Shown here: one piece after another, positions 41,170 through 51,160 of the stretch
Layout of the letters: each line of letters begins with the position of its first letter
How positions within the stretch are numbered: the first letter of the stretch is position 1
Origin: an uncultured Acidobacteriota bacterium
GTDB lineage: Bacteria; Acidobacteriota; Terriglobia; UBA7540
NCBI GenBank assembly: GCA_963804995.1
Contig: CAWDSK010000006.1
Span: 512,001 to 576,000, forward strand
DNA length: 64,000 nt
Direction of reading: 5' to 3'
The notes under the pieces: generated by a model
Seen by the model: the letters and a program-made list of their open reading frames with translations, nothing else
Databases searched by the model: none
Told to the model about the DNA's origin: nothing
Translations under genes and position numbers: made by a program

Positions 41170-42546
41170 ATGGGTCAAGGCAATGCCAATACGAACGCTC
41201 CTGGAGCGCAAGCGCCCGGTTTGCGCCGTGTCCTCACCCTCAAGGACCTGATCTTCTACGGTCTGGTCCTCATGCAGCCCATCGCTCCCGTAGGAATCCT
41301 GGGCTTCTCTCAGCAGATGTCTCACGGTCATGCCGTGACCACGATCTTAATCGGCATGGTCGCGATGATGCTGACCGCGTTCAGCTACGGCAAGATGGCG
41401 GCGCTTTATCCTTCGGCGGGATCGGCCTACACCTACGTCGGACGGGAACTCAACCAGCATCTGGGTTTCCTGGTCGGGTGGGTGATGACGCTCAACTATA
41501 TGATGATTCCGCTCATCAACACGGTCTTCGGTTCGCTCACTCTCTACCGCCTGGTCCCGCAGATTCCCTACGTTATCTGGGTTGCAATTTTCGTCGGAGT
41601 GATCACCTTTTTCAATCTGCGGGGCATCCGCGCCGTCGCCAACACCAATACCGTCTTCCTGGGAATCATGACGGCGGTGATCCTCCTGTTCGTGGCGCTG
41701 GCCGCCCATTATGTGGCGAAAATGCACGGCTGGCTGGGCTTGTTTTCGTTTCAGGCATTTTATGATCCGCGTACCTTCGACGTACGCTCGGTCAGCAAGG
41801 CTACTTCCCTTGCCGTCCTCACTTATGTGGGCTTTGACGGGGTAACCACGCTCGCTGAAGAAGTGAAAGACGCCAAGCGCACCGTTCCGCTGGCGACCGT
41901 GCTCATCTGCCTGTTGGTCGGAATCTACAGCGGAGTGGAAATATACCTCGCGCAGCTCGCCTGGCCGGACTACCTCCACTTTCCCAATATCGAAACCGCC
42001 TTCCTGGACGTCACGCGAAGAGTGGGGGGCCCCCTGTTGTTCGCAGCCATGGGGGGTGTGTTCATCCTGGCTTGCCTGGGCAGCGGGCTGACAGGGCAGG
42101 TGGGAGCGGCCCGGCTGCTCTACGGCATGGGCCGCGATAATGTGATCCCACGCCGCTTATTTGGACATCTCGACCCGCAACGGGGTAACCCCAGCTTTAA
42201 CGTCTGGGTCATTGCGGCATTGACCTTTGCCGGGGCCTTGTTCATCAGTTATGAGCGCACTGCGGAACTTCTGAACTTTGGCGCCTTCATCGGCTACATG
42301 GGCGTCAACGTTGCCGCCATCCGGCGGTTTCATCCCCGGCCGGGAAAAGGCGTGTTACGCGAGTGGCTCGGCGGTGCTTTGGTGCCGGGGTTGGGCTTCG
42401 TGTTTTGTTTCGTCATATGGTGGGGCCTGGCCGCGCCTGCCAAAGTCATTGGCGGAATCTGGCTCCTTCTGGGGATCATCTATAGCGGCATTAAGACCCG
42501 CGGCTTCCGCACCCCACCGCGCTCCTTGAACTTCACGGAAACCTAA
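41170..42546 (+). CDS. APC-family amino acid/polyamine permease
   Basis: LRRVLTLKDL, PSAGSAYTY and GFDGVTTLAEE motifs; about 12 TMs. Confidence 0.92.
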   Translation: MGQGNANTNAPGAQAPGLRRVLTLKDLIFYGLVLMQPIAPVGILGFSQQMSHGHAVTTILIGMVAMMLTAFSYGKMAALYPSAGSAYTYVGRELNQHLGFLVGWVMTLNYMMIPLINTVFGSLTLYRLVPQIPYVIWVAIFVGVITFFNLRGIRAVANTNTVFLGIMTAVILLFVALAAHYVAKMHGWLGLFSFQAFYDPRTFDVRSVSKATSLAVLTYVGFDGVTTLAEEVKDAKRTVPLATVLICLLVGIYSGVEIYLAQLAWPDYLHFPNIETAFLDVTRRVGGPLLFAAMGGVFILACLGSGLTGQVGAARLLYGMGRDNVIPRRLFGHLDPQRGNPSFNVWVIAALTFAGALFISYERTAELLNFGAFIGYMGVNVAAIRRFHPRPGKGVLREWLGGALVPGLGFVFCFVIWWGLAAPAKVIGGIWLLLGIIYSGIKTRGFRTPPRSLNFTET

Positions 42547-42625
42547 CGTTGCGACCGCATACCTGCCAAAACGCGGCACGTATGCGCCACCCGCAGCCCC
42601 CCTGCGGTGCGTGCTGCCTTACTGT

Positions 42626-42654
42626 TTGACATTAAACGCAAGGCGTTATAGACT
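42626..42654 (+). promoter_or_regulatory. Sigma70 promoter of higBA with palindromic operator
   Basis: TTGACA-N17-TAGACT; AACGC-aag-GCGTT in the spacer. Confidence 0.75.
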
Positions 42655-42661
42655 GCAAGGT

Positions 42662-42940
42662 GTGATTAAATCTTTCCGGTGCAATGAGACGGAGCGGCTC
42701 TTTCATCGCGAGCCCAGCCGGAAGTTCCGCGCCATCGAACGTTCGGCGCTTCGCAAGCTCGACATGCTCGATGCGGCGAATGATCTTCAAATACTCAGTG
42801 CACTTCCGGGCAACCGACTGGAGCGGCTGCGCGGCGACCGCGAGGGACAGTACAGCATTCGGATCAACGACCAGTGGCGGGTCTGTTTTAGCTGGCGAGA
42901 GGGCGACGCCTACCACGTGGAAATTGCGGACTACCATTAG
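42662..42940 (+). CDS. higB: HigB (RelE-family) toxin
   Basis: IKSF, PGNRLERLRGDREGQYSIRINDQWRVCF, EIADYH. Confidence 0.93.
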   Translation: MIKSFRCNETERLFHREPSRKFRAIERSALRKLDMLDAANDLQILSALPGNRLERLRGDREGQYSIRINDQWRVCFSWREGDAYHVEIADYH

Positions 42941-42952
42941 AAGGAGGACAGG

Positions 42953-43258
42953 ATGGCTAGGAAACTGAAGCCCGTGCATCCGGGCGAAATTCTCCGCGAG
43001 GAGTTTATGAAGCCGCTCGGCCTCAGCATGAACAAGCTGGCGTTGGACCTGCGTGTGCCCGTCACCCGCATCGCGGAGATTGTCCATGAGCGTCGTGCTA
43101 TTTCGAGCGATACCGCCCTGCGCCTGGGCCGCTACTTCAACACCCCACCGGTTTTCTGGATGAACCTCCAGGTTCGCTATGACCTCGAAGTCGCGGAAGA
43201 CGAACTGGCGCCCCGGATCGCGCGCGACGTGCATCCCATTGAAACAGCAACCACTTAG
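42953..43258 (+). CDS. higA: HigA antitoxin
   Basis: HPGEILREEF, HTH, FWMNLQ..YDL. Confidence 0.95.
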   Translation: MARKLKPVHPGEILREEFMKPLGLSMNKLALDLRVPVTRIAEIVHERRAISSDTALRLGRYFNTPPVFWMNLQVRYDLEVAEDELAPRIARDVHPIETATT

Positions 43259-43505
43259 GCAAACTGGCGCAGAGCGAGCGCGCACTGTAGCACCGGCACT
43301 CCTGCCTATGAATGGGGCTTGAAGGTTCGAGCCTAACAACACAGCCAGGAGTGGCTGTGCTACAGCTACGGCTGGCGCCCCGACGAGTCAGGGCGATTTA
43401 GTCCATTTGTAGCGCGGGTGTCCCCACCCGCGATTGTTCTCGCGAATACGCGGGTGGGGACACCCGCGCTACAACGGCGGGGGGCAACACCCGAGATTAC
43501 CCCCA

Positions 43506-43596
43506 GTCCATGGTCAAGACGGACGAATCGTTCAGATAATAGAATCGGAGGCCGGACGTGGCCGGGCTCGAAGTGGCGTCTGTAGGTCGGGAACAT
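43506..43596 (-). pseudogene. Probable internally deleted RAYT/Y1 transposase remnant
   Basis: MFPTYRRHFEPGH fused to RFYYLNDSSVLTMD; repeated at 52594-52647 and 52722-52791; adjacent to REPs. Confidence 0.5.
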
Positions 43597-43690
43597 CGGC
43601 GGGCAGGGTTCAGCGACGTAAATCGCAAAAATGTACGGCATAGCCTTCTTCAAATGTTCGAAAATGCGATGTCCGAGCCGGACTGTGAGT

Positions 43691-43870
43691 CTAACTTATG
43701 CTGTAGGGAGCGAATGCAAAAAACAAGTACACCGCGCCCATGACGATCATGGCAGCAAGAAAAAACACGACCACGCCCAAGACGGCGACGGCAGCAATAT
43801 CGGCGGCGGTCTTCACTATCAGTCTGAGATCCTCAGACCATGCTGGCACCTTAAAAATCATAGCGAACAT
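43691..43870 (-). CDS. Small (59 aa) membrane protein
   Basis: AGGAGG RBS; hydrophobic; ends GAVYLFFAFAPYSIS. Confidence 0.65.
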   Translation of the reverse strand: MFAMIFKVPAWSEDLRLIVKTAADIAAVAVLGVVVFFLAAMIVMGAVYLFFAFAPYSIS

Positions 43871-44237
43871 GGCGCCCTCCTATCACGCCCGTCTCGATGG
43901 GCTTAGCTGCGCTGCCTCTCTTCCACGGGCACTCTAATGAGGCACGGAGGCCCGGGCACCGGCAACGGTGGCGCTCGGGGTACCCTTTTCAGAGTTTCCT
44001 CGCATTCTCCCGTCCTTGCGGGTACAAACAATTCATGAGGCATCTTGCTTTCCAAACTGTTGCCGGCCTTAATCCTTGTAAATACATGGGCCCCAACATT
44101 GGATCGGTCCGCAGTTGTATAAGCCTTTGAACAACCGGGCATGGCTTGTCCAGGATTTTTGACGATCCTGAATGGAGCCGTCAGCGCAAGTTGCGCAGAA
44201 CTCGAAGATTGTGAGGCGGTTACCTGAAAAGGATCGA

Positions 44238-44253
44238 TTGGAACAACGCGTGC
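44238..44253 (+). promoter_or_regulatory. Putative sigma54 promoter
   Basis: TTGGAACAACGCGTGC (GG-N10-GC). Confidence 0.55.
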
Positions 44254-44363
44254 CTCACGGAGGGCGTGGTCGGCGGGACTCCTGGAGCTTCGTAGCGCGA
44301 CCACGCAGCGAGCGAAAATCTTAACGCAATCGCTAGCTGACGAAGAGGAGGATTTAACGAACC

Positions 44364-44927
44364 ATGAACCGCCAAAAGAGAACACCTTACTTCTTGATCT
44401 TGTTGCTAGTGGTTGCGGGCTGCCTTTTGATTTCACCCGCCGCCAATGCCGGGGACAACCCATCTGGAAGCTCCCAGGCAATATCCCAGCTTCTCTCGCA
44501 AGTCAAAACAGAGGCGATCGCCCTGGAGGAGGATGCGGAAGATCTCGCCACGTGGACGCGAACAAAACAGATGAGCTGGCAGAGTCACGCGGAAAAACTC
44601 AACAAAATGCGCGACCATATCAACGTGGCCGGCAAGCTCCTTGCCCAGCTTAACGAAGCCCGGGGGGGAGCCTCCCCTTGGCAGCAGCAGGCGATTGACC
44701 GCATCTACCCCTTGCTGAAGGAACTCGCCGACAATACTGAAACGACGATCAGGCATCTCGTAGACAACAAGGGCCTCATCCACTTTTCACCCTACACGGA
44801 TTACGCGAGAGCCAATTACGATCTGGCTCAAGAACTGACAGCGCTGATTAGCGATTACGTGGAATATGGGGATCACGAGGCAGAATTCCATCGCCTCCAG
44901 GAAAAGCTGCGACCTGCCGCAAGCTGA
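44364..44927 (+). CDS. Secreted alpha-helical hypothetical protein
   Basis: Signal peptide; GAGGAGG upstream. Confidence 0.8.
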   Translation: MNRQKRTPYFLILLLVVAGCLLISPAANAGDNPSGSSQAISQLLSQVKTEAIALEEDAEDLATWTRTKQMSWQSHAEKLNKMRDHINVAGKLLAQLNEARGGASPWQQQAIDRIYPLLKELADNTETTIRHLVDNKGLIHFSPYTDYARANYDLAQELTALISDYVEYGDHEAEFHRLQEKLRPAAS

Positions 44928-45209
44928 TTCCGCTTTCGGAACGTCGGACGGAAGACTGTGAGGTGGCCGGGTTCGGGCCAGGGCCGCCTCACAGGTTTTC
45001 CGGTTCCAGTGTTTTCAGACCGGAGTGCGCCGGTTATGCCAACCCGAGGAAGGCCGTCTGATCGAGAGGCTTGATCTTGAAAGCGATGGCCGCTCTGAGC
45101 CACCAACACATGACCAGCCGGAGTCCCAGGGGGCCGCCTGGTTTTACACGCAACGCTGGGGAGGGCGATTCCGGGTTTTCATTGCGAGCTGAGCAGAAAG
45201 GACATCGAC

Positions 45210-45728
45210 ATGCCCTATCTTTTTCAAAACTGGAGTGGGCTCCACCAGCTCATCGTTCACATCCCGATCATCTTGCTCCTGGTCGCCCCGTTCTTAGTCT
45301 TTGTGAGCCTCGGATTCTCGGCCGCAAAAAGGCGTCCATTTCTAGTGTCAGCTTTGACACTCATGGTGCTGGGGACGGCGATGACCTTCGTGGCCGTCAT
45401 GACGGGGGAGGCCGCGATGAAAGTCATTAGCTCCACACCTGCCATTAAGGCTGCACTCGCGGAACACCGGGCTCTGGCCGAAACTACACAGGAGTTGTTC
45501 ATCGTGCTTACGTTGGGATTTGCGGCTCTGCTCTTCGCCACCAGGCTGTTGGGGGGTGAACTCGAGCCTCGCGTCAATACGGTACTATGGGTCGTTTACC
45601 TGCTTCTTTATGCAACTGGAGCAATATTACTCGTCCACACTGCGCGTCAGGGGGGGCAACTCGCCCATAGGCTTGATGCACAGTCGGCAGCAACTTATCA
45701 ACTGTCAGGTAAGGAGGGCGCGAGGTGA
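45210..45728 (+). CDS. DUF2231-like membrane protein
   Basis: LHQLIVHIPI, TGE, H, GGQLA pattern; 4 TMs. Confidence 0.75.
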   Translation: MPYLFQNWSGLHQLIVHIPIILLLVAPFLVFVSLGFSAAKRRPFLVSALTLMVLGTAMTFVAVMTGEAAMKVISSTPAIKAALAEHRALAETTQELFIVLTLGFAALLFATRLLGGELEPRVNTVLWVVYLLLYATGAILLVHTARQGGQLAHRLDAQSAATYQLSGKEGAR

Positions 45729-46099
45729 AAATCCCTACCGTGCTACTGATACTCGAGGAGTCTGATGATCTGGAAATCTACGGAGATTTTCTCCGCGACA
45801 GGGGGTACGCGACCCTGAAATGTACCTCCCTGAATGAAGGCATCAATTCCCTTGAGACCGAATCGGTCTCACTAGTGATTGTCAGCCAAGGTACGCGCGC
45901 GTTCGAGGGCCGGCAGGTACTGGAACGATCCCTACAACTCCACCCGCAAGTTCCGGTTTTGGTCGTGGCGCGGGTTTTGGACATGCACTGCTACCTCGAA
46001 GCCATGGATCTTGGGGCGACCGATTACCTTGAAAGGCCGGACCCACAGGACATGGTGTGGGTGGTCGATACGCAAATGCGCCGGGTGGGAACTACATGA
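45725..46099 (+). CDS. Atypical single-domain response regulator receiver
   Basis: Receiver fold pattern; phospho-Asp replaced (LVIVSQ); YLERP in place of the KP motif. Confidence 0.75.
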   Translation: MKIPTVLLILEESDDLEIYGDFLRDRGYATLKCTSLNEGINSLETESVSLVIVSQGTRAFEGRQVLERSLQLHPQVPVLVVARVLDMHCYLEAMDLGATDYLERPDPQDMVWVVDTQMRRVGTT

Positions 46100-46118
46100 T
46101 CTTGGGAAGGAGGTTGCC

Positions 46119-46262
46119 ATGTTTCAGATGATGAACGAGGAGTCAACACAGCCACAGGACCGTAAGATGATGATCGTGAGGGTCGGCGCATTGACCGTCG
46201 CCTTGCTTGCGCTAGGAGCTGCGGTCTATTTCTTTGCGTTCCTTCCGTACGCCAACCGCTAG
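46119..46262 (+). CDS. Small (47 aa) membrane protein
   Basis: AAGGAGG RBS; single TM; ends GAAVYFFAFLPYANR. Confidence 0.7.
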   Translation: MFQMMNEESTQPQDRKMMIVRVGALTVALLALGAAVYFFAFLPYANR

Positions 46263-46504
46263 GTGCAGCAGAGTCAAGTAGAAGGGAACACTAAGAGATA
46301 CCCATGGCCGGTTTCATCACTGATTCGTTACCCCCAAAGGGCCTTTTCTCGGTCGGCTCAGCGAGGCAGCGGACCACGTTATCTCTCTCCATTTCGGGGG
46401 GCAGAGTTTCAGGCAGATGCTCGCGAAAGCCTCCCTCAGAAATGGCGTGGGAGTGTTTGCCGTCGAACGGGACAGCCACTCCCCAAGCAGACTGACGGGC
46501 ACAC

Positions 46505-47146
46505 ATGTTGGAAATACTTGTAATATTCTTCGCGGTCTTCATTCTGAACATTATTCCGGCGTTTGCTCCGCCTACGTGGATGGCCCTTTCCTACGCAGGG
46601 TTCCGGCATCCTTTGTACAGCATAACCCTCCTGGCTTTCGTAGGCGCCACTGCCGCAACGCTCGGTCGACTCGCGCTTGCTAAGCTGTCACGGGTGATCA
46701 TTCGACAAAGGTTGTTGAGCAAATCTACCCGCGAGAATATCGATGTCCTTAAGGAGGGGTTGGAGAAGAGGCGGAAGCTTACCTTCAGCGTGTGCCTATT
46801 CTATGCCTTCAGTCCGCTTCCGTCGAATTTCCTATTTATCGCGTATGGCCTGACTTCGCTGGAATTAAACCTCATTGCAATTCCGTTCTTCCTAGGTCGG
46901 TTTGTTGCATACAACATTTATGTCTTCGCCGGCTCAATCGCGGCCAGAAAGATCACCTTGGAATCATCCGAAGGGCAGTCCTATCTTGGAGCGTACTTCG
47001 TCCTTTCGCAGATCCTCTTGCTTTTTCTTGTTTACCTCTTCACGAAGGTTGATTGGAGAGCCCTCTTTGACGATAAGAAATTCAGATTGGTAAAAGCAAA
47101 GAGTGCAATCAAATTGGGCTCCGTTGACGCAGCCGCACCGCGATGA
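46505..47146 (+). CDS. DedA/VTT-like membrane protein
   Basis: NIIPAFAPPTW, SPLPSN and FFLGR motifs. Confidence 0.7.
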   Translation: MLEILVIFFAVFILNIIPAFAPPTWMALSYAGFRHPLYSITLLAFVGATAATLGRLALAKLSRVIIRQRLLSKSTRENIDVLKEGLEKRRKLTFSVCLFYAFSPLPSNFLFIAYGLTSLELNLIAIPFFLGRFVAYNIYVFAGSIAARKITLESSEGQSYLGAYFVLSQILLLFLVYLFTKVDWRALFDDKKFRLVKAKSAIKLGSVDAAAPR

Positions 47147-47170
47147 CCGAAATTCTCAGGGTTGCGACCA

Positions 47171-47187
47171 TTGGCACGATAGTTGCT
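47171..47187 (+). promoter_or_regulatory. Sigma54 promoter
   Basis: TTGGCACGATAGTTGCT, near consensus. Confidence 0.8.
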
Positions 47188-47340
47188 CTATTCAACGCTG
47201 TGGAAGACGGCCATGACATAACTTCGACGGAGTGACGGTCATTGGGGAAAAATTTGGAAGGCCGATGCATCGCCCGTCTGCGAAATGGAAATGAACGGCG
47301 AAGGCAGAGTTGAGCTCAACTTCAGAAAGAGAGAACACCG

Positions 47341-48324
47341 ATGAAAAAAACATCCAGTTTGGGAAGTTTGTTGATCGCCGCTACCTTTCTGGTTCCGGCA
47401 TGGGTGAGGCCGGCCGACCAAAAAAATGATGTTGAAGCCATCGGGTCTCGCAATGTCGCACATAAAAGCATCGTTTCCATCGAGAAAGAGGTGGCGATTG
47501 GCAGGCAGTACGCCACGGAAATTGACAAGTCCGCGAAATTGCTGACGGATCCTGTCGTCACGGAGTACGTGAACCGCCTCGCCCAGAACATCGCGCGCAA
47601 CTCAGATCTCCAGGTCCCGCTAACCGTCAAGGTCCTCAACATACCGGATATCAACGCGTTTGCACTCCCCGGTGGCTTCATGTATGTGAATAGCGGTCTG
47701 TTGGCGGCGGCCGAGGAGGAAGCCGAAGTTGCCGGAGTCATCTCACACGAAGTGGCGCATGTGGCGGCGCGCCATTGGGCAAGTCAAATGACCAAGTCAA
47801 CCCTTTTGCAATACGCGATGATCCCCTTGATTTTCACGCCCATGTCCTACCCTGTGTATGTGGGAGTATCGCAGGGAATGAATATTGGGATACCCCTTAC
47901 TTTTCTCAAATTCAGCCGCAGCGCTGAATCCGAGGCTGATTTTTTGGGGCTGCAATACATGCATAAGGCCGGGTATGATCCCAATGCCTACGTGGCTTTC
48001 TTCGGGAGGATCATTGATGAGCAGAGGCGGACTCCAGGCAGCACCCCCTCGATTTTTTCTGATCACCCGATGACCGGCGACCGGATCATTAAGTCAGAAG
48101 AGACGATCAAGGAGGTCTTACCCAAGAAAGACTCCTACCTGGTTTCCACTTCGGAGTTTGATGATGTCAGAAATCGACTCCTGGCCACTTTGAAGAGGAG
48201 CAAACTGCAGAAGTCTGAGGCCAACAACCCGACGTTGCGGAAGCGCGAAGCAGCAAAGGAATCGCCCAGCCGAGTGGAAACCCGGAGCGAAGATAAGCCG
48301 CCGGTTCTGCGGCGGAAGGAATAA
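47341..48324 (+). CDS. M48-family Zn metallopeptidase (BepA-like)
   Basis: NAFALPGG, HEVAH, FSRSAESEAD and DHP motifs. Confidence 0.92.
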   Translation: MKKTSSLGSLLIAATFLVPAWVRPADQKNDVEAIGSRNVAHKSIVSIEKEVAIGRQYATEIDKSAKLLTDPVVTEYVNRLAQNIARNSDLQVPLTVKVLNIPDINAFALPGGFMYVNSGLLAAAEEEAEVAGVISHEVAHVAARHWASQMTKSTLLQYAMIPLIFTPMSYPVYVGVSQGMNIGIPLTFLKFSRSAESEADFLGLQYMHKAGYDPNAYVAFFGRIIDEQRRTPGSTPSIFSDHPMTGDRIIKSEETIKEVLPKKDSYLVSTSEFDDVRNRLLATLKRSKLQKSEANNPTLRKREAAKESPSRVETRSEDKPPVLRRKE

Positions 48325-48609
48325 ACCCGGGGGATAAAGCCATTCAAGAGCCGTCCGAGGATGGATCGGGCAATGGCCTGTTCGGCGCGGTCAAAGATTT
48401 TGGACACTTTTAGCCTTGGGATGTACAAAGATTCAGCCACGACGCCCCGAAACCGTGAGTCCCCCGCAGTCAATTCATTTGTTTTCAGAGTCTTGCGACT
48501 ACGGCTCCTCGATTGCAATCAAGGGTGCGTGAGGCAAGGACAGAAACGCTGGACAACACGATTCACGGCCGCCCCGTTTCAAAGGGAAAGCCTCCAGGAG
48601 GATACTCTT

Positions 48610-49353
48610 ATGCGTACAATGACTCTGTTCGCTATTCCCTTCGTTTTCGTATTAGCTGCCGGTCCAGCGCTGGTAGCCGGAGAGCGCGCAACTGACGCTC
48701 AGATCGTTGCTGAAATCCAGAACAAACTTTATCACGCTAAGGTTTCGCAGCACGGCGACGTACAGGTAGCGTTTAGCAATGGCATTGCGACGCTCACGGG
48801 GACAGTCGATAGCGTGGGTGTGAAGCAGGCAGCCGAGCGGGCCGCGGAGAAGGTTGACGATGTCGCCCAAGTCATCGGACAGATCACGGTGCATGCCGAG
48901 GATGTAACCGACCGACAGATTGTCGAAAAGGCGCGCAAGGAGATCGTCACCTACCCGTTTTACGGCATCTTCGATAATCTCGAACTGCGGGCCGAAAACG
49001 GCGTGCTGACGGTGGGTGGCCAGGTGAGCGATCCCTTCAAGAAGTCTGACATCGGGAACTTTCTGGCTTACGTCAAGGGTGTGTCCCAGGTCCAGAACAA
49101 TCTTGAGGTTCTACCCGTCTCGATCTATGACGACCAATTGCGGCTGGCCATCGCTCGTGCAATCTACAACGACCCGTTCTTTGTCCACTACGCGACCACG
49201 GCGCTGCCGTCCATCCACATTATCGTCAAAAACGGAAATGTGACTCTGGAAGGTGTAGTGAGCTCCCCCCTGGACAAGGCCAAGGCGGGAAACGACGCGA
49301 CGTTCGCAGCCACCTATTTTGCCCTCACGAATAACCTGCGTGTGGGGAACTGA
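48610..49353 (+). CDS. Triple BON-domain protein
   Basis: Signal peptide; repeated G..TL.G.V and V.N.L BON patterns. Confidence 0.88.
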   Translation: MRTMTLFAIPFVFVLAAGPALVAGERATDAQIVAEIQNKLYHAKVSQHGDVQVAFSNGIATLTGTVDSVGVKQAAERAAEKVDDVAQVIGQITVHAEDVTDRQIVEKARKEIVTYPFYGIFDNLELRAENGVLTVGGQVSDPFKKSDIGNFLAYVKGVSQVQNNLEVLPVSIYDDQLRLAIARAIYNDPFFVHYATTALPSIHIIVKNGNVTLEGVVSSPLDKAKAGNDATFAATYFALTNNLRVGN

Positions 49354-49514
49354 AATCGCATGCACGATTCGCCACTGCGGGGGGAGGCGCTCGAAGCAGT
49401 CGATAACAAGGGCGCCTTCCCCCGTCGCTCGCTGGCGGACCGCTCACCACACAACTCTGGCGCCTTTGCTGATGATCATTGTTTGCCCACAAGCCGGCAT
49501 GCCCGCCAGTTCTG

Positions 49515-49622
49515 TACCTCAAAGCCATAGATTTTGGGGCGATCGATTACCTTGAAAGCCCGGACCCAGAGGAGATAGTGTGGGTGGTCGATTCGCAAAT
49601 GCGCCGGGTGGGAGCTGGCTGA
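49515..49622 (+). pseudogene. Duplicated 3' fragment of the atypical receiver gene
   Basis: 108-nt ungapped match to 45992-46099. Confidence 0.85.
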
Positions 49623-49623
49623 C

Positions 49624-51027
49624 CTATGGCTTGGAATCACCTATACCGTACTTGGCAATTTTGTATCCGAGATCGCTGCGGGAAAGCCCCAGGCGGCGGG
49701 CGGCTTCCGCCTGCGCCCCATTGGTAGACTTCAAAGTTCTCAGGATGAGTGTCTTCTCGGCCTCGGCAAGGAAGTTGCGTAAGTCATTAACTTCCGGTAG
49801 GACGTCGGAAAGGGATGCCGATTTCCCCCCCGCGGATCTTGCCGATTCCTGTATCGGGCCTGAACTCAACGGCACAGGGAAGCTATCCGCACTGAGCTCG
49901 CTGCCGCTCGAAAGGATTGAGGCTCGCTCGATGAGGTTTCGCAGCTCCCGGATGTTTCCTGGGAAGTCGTAGTCTTTAAGCTTCTCCATCGCCTCCGGGC
50001 TAAAGGTTCGCTTCGGCAGCTTGAGTTCCAAGGCCACCTGCCGCACGAAAAGTTCCGAAAGGACAGTAATGTCCTCTCTCCTTTCGCGCAGCGGAGGAAT
50101 GGCAATGGGCACTACCGCCAGCCGATAGTAAAGGTCCTGCCGGAACAGCCCTTCGCTCACCCGCTGCGCCAAGTCCCGATGGGTGGCTGCCAGCAGGCGC
50201 ACATCCACTTTCCTCAACTGTGTGGTTCCAACTCGCAAGACTTCTCCGTCCGTGACCACGCGCAAGAGCTTAGCCTGCGCGGCGGGCGACATCTCCGCCA
50301 CTTCGTCGAGGAAGAGAGTTCCCTGGTGGGCAGCCTCGAAGAGCCCTTGACGGCTGCGGTCGGCGCCGGTAAAGGCCCCCTTCTCGTGGCCAAAGAGTTC
50401 GCTTTCGAGCAGTGTCTCCGTGAAAGCCGCGCAGTTCACGGCCACAAAGGGTTTGGGGGCCCGGGGGCTGTTCTTATGGATAGCGCGAGCCACCAGTTCC
50501 TTGCCCGTGCCCGTCTCGCCGGTGATCAGGACCGTGGCGCCGGTCGGAGCTACCCGCGCTATCAACTCGCGCACCGCCTGCATAGCCGCGCTTGAGCCAT
50601 AGATCTCCGGCGAACCCACCAGACGAACCACTGTGTCCTTGAGGAGGACGTTTTCACGCCGCAGCCGCGTACGCTCGCAGGCGCGGGAGACCGCCGCGCG
50701 CACCACCTCGGGCTGAAACGGTTTCGTAATGAAATCAAAGGCCCCTTGCCGCATGCTCTCCACGGCCAGATCGACGGTCGCAAAGGCCGTGATGACCACC
50801 ACGGAAACCGCGGGATCGGCCTCGATTGCAGCCGCCAACACCTGTAGGCCGTCTCCGTCGGGCATCTTTTGGTCAGTGAGCACGACGTTGAAATCCTCCG
50901 CCATCAGGACTTTTCGGGCCGCCTGCACTCCCGCGCACTCCGAGACCTCGTGGCCGTCCTGCTGTAGGTTCAGCGCCAGCACGCGACGCGTATGAGGCTC
51001 GTCATCCACAATCAATACTCTGCCCAT
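49624..51027 (-). CDS. Sigma54-dependent NtrC/AtoC-family response regulator
   Basis: LIVDDE, TDQKMP, GETGTGKE, GAFTGA and C-terminal HTH. Confidence 0.96.
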   Translation of the reverse strand: MGRVLIVDDEPHTRRVLALNLQQDGHEVSECAGVQAARKVLMAEDFNVVLTDQKMPDGDGLQVLAAAIEADPAVSVVVITAFATVDLAVESMRQGAFDFITKPFQPEVVRAAVSRACERTRLRRENVLLKDTVVRLVGSPEIYGSSAAMQAVRELIARVAPTGATVLITGETGTGKELVARAIHKNSPRAPKPFVAVNCAAFTETLLESELFGHEKGAFTGADRSRQGLFEAAHQGTLFLDEVAEMSPAAQAKLLRVVTDGEVLRVGTTQLRKVDVRLLAATHRDLAQRVSEGLFRQDLYYRLAVVPIAIPPLRERREDITVLSELFVRQVALELKLPKRTFSPEAMEKLKDYDFPGNIRELRNLIERASILSSGSELSADSFPVPLSSGPIQESARSAGGKSASLSDVLPEVNDLRNFLAEAEKTLILRTLKSTNGAQAEAARRLGLSRSDLGYKIAKYGIGDSKP

Positions 51028-51160
51028 AACCTCCACCCCTGGGGTTTGACAGTGATAATCCGTCCCCTAACTCAGCCGGCAAGGCCTAGCGTATATTGGT
51101 ACGATTCACGGGGGCCATCCTCAAGCCATCTGCGCCTCCCGCCGTCGGTTTAAGCAGGGT

